Below are positions 57,090 through 64,000 of a DNA stretch of 64,000 nucleotides, piece by piece; the stretch's first letter is position 1, and each line of letters starts with the position of its first letter. Location: assembly GCA_963713605.1 (NCBI GenBank), contig CAVQMO010000010.1:384001-448000 (forward strand). The letters run 5' to 3'. The translations under genes and the position numbers were made by a program. The notes beneath the pieces were generated by a model, which saw nothing but the letters and a program-made list of their open reading frames with translations, made no database searches and was not told the DNA's origin. The stretch is from an uncultured Nitrososphaerales archaeon (lineage in GTDB: Archaea; Thermoproteota; Nitrososphaeria; Nitrososphaerales; Nitrososphaeraceae).

Positions 57090-57274
57090 TCATCATATAC
57101 CGACTATTCACTGATAATTCTTTGGCTCAGACGAACCGACTAGCAAAGTAAAAAAAGTGAAACTCAATCGCAACAAAGTAGCACACCAGCGGGGTTCAGA
57201 GACTCAAAGGACCTATCTGGCCTACCTGCAAAGAACTGTTGTATCTGTTAACTTCAATAGTTTTTGAAGGTAGT

Positions 57275-57781
57275 TCATTTTCTGAGTCTATAAAAGATAT
57301 AAACAGATACAAACGGTACCACCGAAAGTATGTATGCCCAGTATTCAATTATTGGAGAGTCGAAGGCTGAATGTAGTCCAAACTTGAGTCCTAACAATAA
57401 TCCTAAGTATAATGTAATAAAGAGCGGTGCGGTTCCAAACACAAGGAATCTGTGGCTTCTGAGTTTGAATTTTTCAATGTTCCGATACGGATACTGCAAA
57501 TGATGGTAAAAAACTGGCATAGATAGAAAGGAAGTAGCAAAAGTAATCGTAAACAGAGCAATCATAAGAATTATGCCATCTTCGAACGAGAAATCGCTGG
57601 GCCTATTAATCGAAATATTAAGTAGGAATGCGAAGAGAAACCCAGACACGGTCGTAAGAACTGCGCTTTCTTTTAAGATAGTATCGTAGTCCTTGGAAAT
57701 ATCTCCGTCGGTCCCATATTTTTCTCGCGGATCTGAATTATTTTTTCCTTCACCATTGTTATTAGTACTTTCATCATCCAT
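57275..57781 (-). CDS. Four-TM membrane protein (DUF6328-like)
   Basis: ILKES.VL...GFLFAFLL and MPVFYH; four hydrophobic helices. Confidence 0.7.
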   Translation of the reverse strand: MDDESTNNNGEGKNNSDPREKYGTDGDISKDYDTILKESAVLTTVSGFLFAFLLNISINRPSDFSFEDGIILMIALFTITFATSFLSMPVFYHHLQYPYRNIEKFKLRSHRFLVFGTAPLFITLYLGLLLGLKFGLHSAFDSPIIEYWAYILSVVPFVSVYIFYRLRK

Positions 57782-58257
57782 GTGGTTGATTAGGTGCGCA
57801 AAAAGTATAAGAAGGTTATATCTGCATATTCGCATTTAGTTGACGATGTTACCTAACTAATAGAAGGGACGCACATAAGATTTTGAGTAGATTATCCCGC
57901 ATTATGAAATATCATACGATGCTACGCGTAGTATACTTGTCCTACTTTCACAATAGATTTCCATAATTTTTCAAATTAAGATCAATGCCGATCAGAGTAC
58001 ACGAGAGCCCATGCCATATTGAACCAGTCGATACAGATAGCTTCGGATAAATTCATTGTTTATCTTTGTTTACCTCTAAAGGTACACTGCTGCCGGCATC
58101 GCGGACGCCAAAACGTAACTCGCGTGTTAATCGTCTATCAATAACTATACGTTCACCTCGTATGAAGCTTGGTCTACCGACTCTTCCAAGGCAATCTCGT
58201 AACTTCCATATTTGGTGAAATACTTAAAGGTAGTTTCAAACCAAATTCACAAAAATA

Positions 58258-59070
58258 ATGGATAAAAAGCGTAAAAGCAAAATCATGCGAGTCGTTTCAC
58301 AGTTTATCAAGTCTGAAGTCAGTAGAAGAAAATCAAAAGGTGTCGTAATCGGTATGAGTGGAGGAGTAGATTCTTCAGTAGCGGCTTGCCTGGCAGTCAA
58401 TGCTCTGGGAGCAGAAAAAGTATATGGCCTTATTCTCCCAGATTCGTCAGTAACGCCGCAGAATGATACCACAGACGCAGAGAAGCTTGCAAAGAAACTA
58501 AAAATAAAACACAAAGTTATAGAAGTTGGAAAGGTAAAGAACCAGCTTCTAAGAAACTTTCCAAAAAATAAATTAGCGCGGGCTAATTTTTTAGTTAGAC
58601 TGAGAATGTCTATTTTGTACTATTACGCAGCTGTAATGAATAGACTTGTTCTGGGTACGGGCGACAAGAGTGAGCTTCGACTGGGTTATTTTACTAAGTA
58701 TGGTGACGGCGCAGTCGATCTAATGCCCATAGGCGACCTTTATAAGACTGAGGTCAGAGAGCTCGCAGAATTCTTGCATATTCCTTTAAAGATTACCACG
58801 AAGAAAAGTAGTGCAAGGCTGTGGAGAGGCCAGACGACAGAAGGAGAAATTGGATTGGCATATGAGCAAATTGACTCTATACTTAAACAGCTTGACAATT
58901 CTGGACAACGAAAGAGGAATATGAGTCATAAGAGCTATCAGGATGCCCCTCCTATTACTAATAAGAAATACAAATTGGATAACAGCCACAGAGATGTACG
59001 ACGAGTATTAGATCTAATTGACAAAAATGAACACAAACTTACCCCCCCTCCCATTTGTCGAATCGGGTGA
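58258..59070 (+). CDS. nadE: NH3-dependent NAD+ synthetase
   Basis: GMSGGVDSS, N...RLRM, GYFTKYGDG, DLYKTEV. Confidence 0.95.
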   Translation: MDKKRKSKIMRVVSQFIKSEVSRRKSKGVVIGMSGGVDSSVAACLAVNALGAEKVYGLILPDSSVTPQNDTTDAEKLAKKLKIKHKVIEVGKVKNQLLRNFPKNKLARANFLVRLRMSILYYYAAVMNRLVLGTGDKSELRLGYFTKYGDGAVDLMPIGDLYKTEVRELAEFLHIPLKITTKKSSARLWRGQTTEGEIGLAYEQIDSILKQLDNSGQRKRNMSHKSYQDAPPITNKKYKLDNSHRDVRRVLDLIDKNEHKLTPPPICRIG

Positions 59071-59116
59071 ACAACCACTTAATATATATTAATAATCCAT
59101 ACTAACCGTATCTTAA

Positions 59117-59713
59117 ATGCGTATATTGATAGCTGAAGATGATCTTGATATAGCAAACCTGTACAAGAAAGCCTTAGAGAAAAATAACCATAAAGTGGTC
59201 CTTACATCAAACGGTTCAGATTGTCTTACGAACTATCTTACTACCCTTAAAAATCTGGCATTAAGAGCAACACAACCAAATAAGGCATATGCACCTAAAA
59301 CAAATTATGACTCATCTCGAAATTTAAGTGCTGAATCCAGGAAAGTTGTCAATACGGATGCATCTCCGTACGACGTCGTCATTTTGGACTATCGTATGCC
59401 AGGTATGAATGGTATGGAAGTAGCTAAAGGAATACTGAATGCAGATACTCATCAACGAATAATCTTTGCATCTGCATTCGTAAAGGAAACACTAGAACAC
59501 TCTGTTAAAGAACTCAAGCAGGTGGTCGAGTTGATACAAAAACCTTTCACATTGAAACATCTAACTGACACAGTGGAGGATACTCAAGCTTTTGAAGAAT
59601 TAAAAGAACTTAATGTAGATGTTGGCAGAATCAGGGGGGCTGATTTATCACACGAGCAGATTTTCGAACTTCTGGTTAAGTTAAGGAGAATACAGAAGAA
59701 CAGAACATTTTGA
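59117..59713 (+). CDS. Response regulator receiver with internal insert and C-terminal extension
   Basis: ILIAEDD, ILDYRMPGMNG, FASA, QKPF. Confidence 0.9.
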   Translation: MRILIAEDDLDIANLYKKALEKNNHKVVLTSNGSDCLTNYLTTLKNLALRATQPNKAYAPKTNYDSSRNLSAESRKVVNTDASPYDVVILDYRMPGMNGMEVAKGILNADTHQRIIFASAFVKETLEHSVKELKQVVELIQKPFTLKHLTDTVEDTQAFEELKELNVDVGRIRGADLSHEQIFELLVKLRRIQKNRTF

Positions 59714-60314
59714 TTGTCTTTTTTTTAGGCTCGAAAAAAAGCAAATGATGTGGGGCAATTTTAGAAGTGCTAGTTAGATCAGAGAATAAGGATTTCAGAA
59801 AGAAATCGTAGATTGCGAAAGGAGATTTTCGGTCTTGAGGAAATGAACAGTGTGCCGCATCCAACGAGTTTGTAATTTCTAATGATGGCGCATGCACAAA
59901 AGAACTACTTTTATGAAGCCATTCAATTCGTTTTTTATATAGCTGTGTATTGACATGTCAATTGGCAAATAGGTTGCAATTCTTTAATCAGTTACCTATA
60001 TTTTGGTTATAGTTCGGCTAAAACCTAAAATACTCTGAATGTGCAAAAAATAGCACCCTGATATTTTAGATGAAAATTCAATCCCGCATCTGCGACATAT
60101 TACCAAGGATCGCCTGTAGGAATGAATAAATGACTATATAACTATAAACTACAATACTCAGTCCTATAATCAGTCTTCAAATATACCTAATCAAGATCCA
60201 CAATCAATTCGTTCTCTCCTCACAAGTGATAGCTTCGAAAAGAACATCAGAGCGTAGGCTTCTCCCAATGGAAAACCTGATACTTCACTCCGGCCGACCA
60301 TCCAGTGTAACAGT

Positions 60315-60678
60315 AAAAGAATTCTAATTGTGGATGATGACCACGACATCGCCAGGTTCTTTAAGTTGGCTTTAGATCGTGTCGAATTTATCAGAGATTT
60401 TCAACGATCCACTATCATCATTGACGAACTTCAAAAAAGGAGCATATGACTTGTGATTATTGGATATTAATATGCCACAGATGACTGGTTTTGAATTGTA
60501 TAGAAAGATCAGCCAAATAGATGAGGTCAAGGTATGTCTCATTACAGCATTTGAAGAATATTATGGTGAATTCAAAAGCGAATTTCCCGATCTTACTAAT
60601 TTAGAATGTTACATTAAGAAGCCGGTAAGGATGGAATATTTGATTAACGCCATGAAATCACGACTAGATTGCAACTAA
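60315..60678 (+). pseudogene. Decayed single-domain response regulator
   Basis: KRILIVDDDHDI, then a frameshift and an in-frame TGA (YDL*LLDINMP), then ITAF, YIKKP. Confidence 0.78.
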
Positions 60679-60697
60679 CCCAAAAGTAGATTTTCTT

Positions 60698-61990
60698 CTA
60701 ATAGATAGTTGGGACAATCTTGCTATAGCAATACATATACTCTTCAGCGATTTGTTTCCAAGTAGGGAAGGTTCTCCCAAAGCGTAACGCCTCCTGTTCT
60801 TGAAGATAACGTTCATGAGGATTTATGAGTAACCTGATTACGTTATTCGCAAAATCCGAGACTTTGTCACAAATGCATAGCGCTCGGTTGTTGAGGGTGA
60901 AACCCTGTGCCCCAACCGATGTGCTAACTATAGCTTTTCCAGCTTTTAACGCTTCTAATATCTTCACCTTAATTCCTCCTCCTATTCTAAGGGGACACAC
61001 TACAACCTGAGCAGCTTTATAGAATGGATTAAGTGATTCCACGTAACCTGTGACTTTGATATGTGAGGATATATAATTGGTATTCATTAAGGCAGAAACT
61101 TCAGCTGGCGGGGAATTGCCAACTAGAAATAGTACTGTATTAGGAACACATTTGAGAATCAAAGGGAAGATGGAATTGGAAAAGTATAATGCGGCGTCAA
61201 CATTTGGTTCGTACGCAAAATTGCATACAAAGAGAAGGGATGGGCATTTACCATCATCTTGCTTATTCAAGTATCTGCTACATTCAAGAGTATTCCATCT
61301 TTCGGGCGAATGCAGCTCATATATACTCGGTTCATGGTCGATCCCGTTTGGGATCATTTGGACGTCAACTTTTGGTTCAAGGCGTCTTATCGTTGTTTTG
61401 TCTTCGGCGGTAAGGGTAACTACCTTAGAAGCTCGTCTCCAAAAAGTACGCTCCCACAAGAATGTAAAATAATATTCGCGCCAATTAGAAAGAAAATCCT
61501 CAGACGATCTCGACAAAAGGGTTCTTTGCAAATCAAGTGAGTATTCAATATTATGTTCGACGAGTACAATGGGGAGATCAAGATCCATTGGAAGAAGCTG
61601 CATAAGATGATAACCTTCAAGATGCACTAGATCAAAGCGCCGATCCTTGAGAAGCTGAGAGATTCTGTGCACGCCCTCTTCTGAATAGTATTTATTCATC
61701 AAACAAGGACGTCCTCGAGTATGCCCATTTAGCCGCGTGGGGTTCGATATCCTAAAAAGGCTAATGCTTGCACAATAAGGTTCCAAATGCCTTAAGTTTG
61801 AATAATCCATTGCTGGTTCAAAAGTTATTGAGCATAAATGTATTTTGAAATATTTTCCAAGCCTTGAAATCAGCTCAAACTCCCTTCTACGACCCCCACT
61901 TGCAGGCGGATATGGCAGATGAGCAGTCAGAAATAGTACTTCCATTTGGGGAAAGCCCATTTTTTTGGCTATACTAAAATTAGAAAACAT
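60698..61990 (-). CDS. GT4-family glycosyltransferase
   Basis: PYPPASGG, HNIE, PNGID, PLRIGGGIKVKILEA. Confidence 0.92.
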   Translation of the reverse strand: MFSNFSIAKKMGFPQMEVLFLTAHLPYPPASGGRRREFELISRLGKYFKIHLCSITFEPAMDYSNLRHLEPYCASISLFRISNPTRLNGHTRGRPCLMNKYYSEEGVHRISQLLKDRRFDLVHLEGYHLMQLLPMDLDLPIVLVEHNIEYSLDLQRTLLSRSSEDFLSNWREYYFTFLWERTFWRRASKVVTLTAEDKTTIRRLEPKVDVQMIPNGIDHEPSIYELHSPERWNTLECSRYLNKQDDGKCPSLLFVCNFAYEPNVDAALYFSNSIFPLILKCVPNTVLFLVGNSPPAEVSALMNTNYISSHIKVTGYVESLNPFYKAAQVVVCPLRIGGGIKVKILEALKAGKAIVSTSVGAQGFTLNNRALCICDKVSDFANNVIRLLINPHERYLQEQEALRFGRTFPTWKQIAEEYMYCYSKIVPTIY

Positions 61991-62113
61991 ATCTAATAAG
62001 TATTATTAGTAGATAACATAGATACTTTTGAGTCGCTTGTAATCTGAATCATAAACGAAACACGCAAAGGGCCTAGACAGATACCACTAATGTCAACACG
62101 AGTTAAAATATAA

Positions 62114-62358
62114 CGGAGGAAGGCTCCAAAAGGCTCTAGTGTTCCAGTTGGGACAGAGTATCACTGGTATATTCTTACCCATCAAATGTAAAAAAGGTAG
62201 ATGCGAACAGGTATACAACTGCTATGACAGGAATTAAATACAAATTGGCTCACAAACGCGCTGATCAGGAAAATTGGAATGTGAGCGAGCATGCACAAAA
62301 GAAACGATTAATACAGTTATTGGAAAGATTAACGGTTCAATTAAAAGGTGAAGAGTAG
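62114..62358 (+). pseudogene. Fragment of an uncharacterised conserved-looking protein
   Basis: RKAPKGSSVPVGTEYHWYILTHQ, then a frameshift to VKKVDANRYTTAMTGIKYKLAHKRADQENW...*; the 5' part is missing. Confidence 0.55.
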
Positions 62359-62864
62359 TAGGTGAGGACTAGTAGAACATAATGATTCGAACTCTAATCC
62401 TGATCCATGATTAGAAATCTACTTTGGTATTGTAATATGGAAATGAAATATAGGTTTCTACGTAAGTCTATATCACTAGTGATACTACCGACATCTGAAC
62501 GAATTCATGTTTAGGATTTTGTTTCTCTCTAACTAGTAACATACTATCTATTAATAACGGTAATACCTAAAGTTCTGTATAATACATTATAATACATTTG
62601 ATGACTTGTGAATGGGTATCTTCTGAGTGCTGACAACTCCCGTGAGTTCGAAGATTTATTCTAAACGGCTGCTCTAATAACGTACGTTGGATCCCTTCTT
62701 GGTTGAAGAAATGAAATCCTCAAAAACATTTGTGGAGCAAAATTAGAAAAGATTTAAGTTCTGCCATGTTCTTAGAAAGCTGGTATAGCGAGCACGTGAG
62801 TAAGCTTATACAAAATAAACAAAGCAACCTTAGTACTACCCGAATCAATGAACAGTGTATATGT

Positions 62865-63038
62865 ATGCCAAATAACATTACGATCACTCCAATCTATCAT
62901 ATCCGTGATAGTACGTCTTATCACGTAGTTAGGTGTAATTATTGTGGAGAGGAGTGGGCAGAATATTGGACCAGTTATAGGTATATGGTCTCTTCTCTAA
63001 TAGATCAAAGACAAAACCAAAAATGGGTCAGGTCATGA
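62865..63038 (+). CDS. Possible small Zn-ribbon protein
   Basis: VRCNYCGEEW; start uncertain. Confidence 0.35.
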   Translation: MPNNITITPIYHIRDSTSYHVVRCNYCGEEWAEYWTSYRYMVSSLIDQRQNQKWVRS

Positions 63039-63585
63039 TCCTGTCGGGGTCACTTCCTTTGCTTATCGGCTATAATTTCAAAAATTGATTAAAGACGGGG
63101 AACTATGTTACAAATCTCCTCTGTTCCATACATATGTTTGTTGATGTGAGAAAGACTGTCCATAAGAATGTGGAGAATAACAAATTTGGGTCGTCTATTC
63201 TTTGTTTGACTATCCTGTAGCCGTTATGAAGATTTCTCTCTCATTATCACAATATTTTTGTGTGTTGTTAGAAACGGTTAAACTCTCGTTTTGGGAAAAA
63301 TATGCATTCCTGGTAGTGTGACTGGCTGTCCATAGGCCGTTGTAGCGGTCTTTTATTATAAATTCAAGGCCACATTTATTACTTCAGCAATATCCTTGTC
63401 TATAGTAGCTAATGTGTCACCGTCCATCTCGCATTCTTTACTCATCTCTATGTGCCTCAAATAGTATCTATATGTTGTGAATAAATAATTAAAACGTACC
63501 CCGAATTGAATGTTCTTTATTGCTTATTTCTCTCGTCGAATAAATTAGACCGTGCCCGGGGTCGCAGAAAGAAAGAGGAAAAAAT

Positions 63586-64000
63586 CTATTTAGACTGGTT
63601 TCCTCCACTAAACATGCTGCTGAGTGTTTCACCTATTTGTTCTAAGGGGTTTTTTGTAGTCTGGTTACCTCCTGTTTCAGTCTGATTTGCTGTAGTAGTA
63701 GTTGCCTCATTGGCCGTTCCTCCGCCAGTTTGATTATTTGTCGTATTTACATCAGTTGTTAACTGCTCTTTTTGCATCCCTTGTGCAACAGAAGTATCAT
63801 TTTGACTTTTGATATCTGTCTCATTTCCGATTACCGGTATATTGCCAGCAGTCATGTTTTCAATTTGGCTAGCACTTCCAATTTCTGCCGTCTGATTCTG
63901 CTGTTGTTGCCCTTGTTGAGACTGAGGCGTTGAGGTCGTATTACTCGTCTGGTTTTGTTGTCCGTATGAAGAACTTGTACCTGCTGAAACAGAGGACATG
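63586..64000 (-). CDS. Secreted Q/N/T-rich low-complexity protein (5' end outside the window)
   Basis: Many N-x-T sequons; C-terminal NPLEQIGETL..MF is similar in style to the end of 20200-20613. Confidence 0.7.
   Translation of the reverse strand, partial: MSSVSAGTSSSYGQQNQTSNTTSTPQSQQGQQQQNQTAEIGSASQIENMTAGNIPVIGNETDIKSQNDTSVAQGMQKEQLTTDVNTTNNQTGGGTANEATTTTANQTETGGNQTTKNPLEQIGETLSSMFSGGNQSK

Noticed and set aside
1..64000. Prophage, integrative element or anti-phage defence island
   Set aside because: No integrase, transposase, capsid, terminase or recognisable defence genes; housekeeping genes (folD, nadE, nuoB) are interspersed.

Overview
AT-rich archaeal DNA, most likely from a soil ammonia-oxidising thaumarchaeote (Nitrososphaeraceae, Nitrosocosmicus-like). 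This is inferred from two TFB paralogues, NreA, a PAC2 chaperone, thaumarchaeal-type small regulators, orphan receiver domains and TATA-type promoters close to start codons. I found no rRNA, tRNA, CRISPR array or intact transposase. The window is an accessory region rich in genes resembling bacterial general-stress or dormancy regulons. It holds a DNA-break repair cluster (NreA, PolX, Ku, LigD with PE-LIG-POL domains, endonuclease IV) in about 20 kb, plus ChaB, LEA-like hydrophilins, six PRC-barrel/DUF2171-like loci, a pyruvate oxidase-like enzyme, phasin-like and patatin proteins and many zinc-finger microproteins. Several stress-type genes share a short element just downstream of the TATA box. 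There is a candidate structured ncRNA at about 14.5-14.7 kb, and misplaced gene fragments (Ku, TFB, phasin-like, lipid kinase). Twelve frame breaks in ten otherwise intact genes are all +1 insertions, so they are probably sequencing errors rather than true pseudogenes. All calls come from reading motifs by eye; no searches were run.
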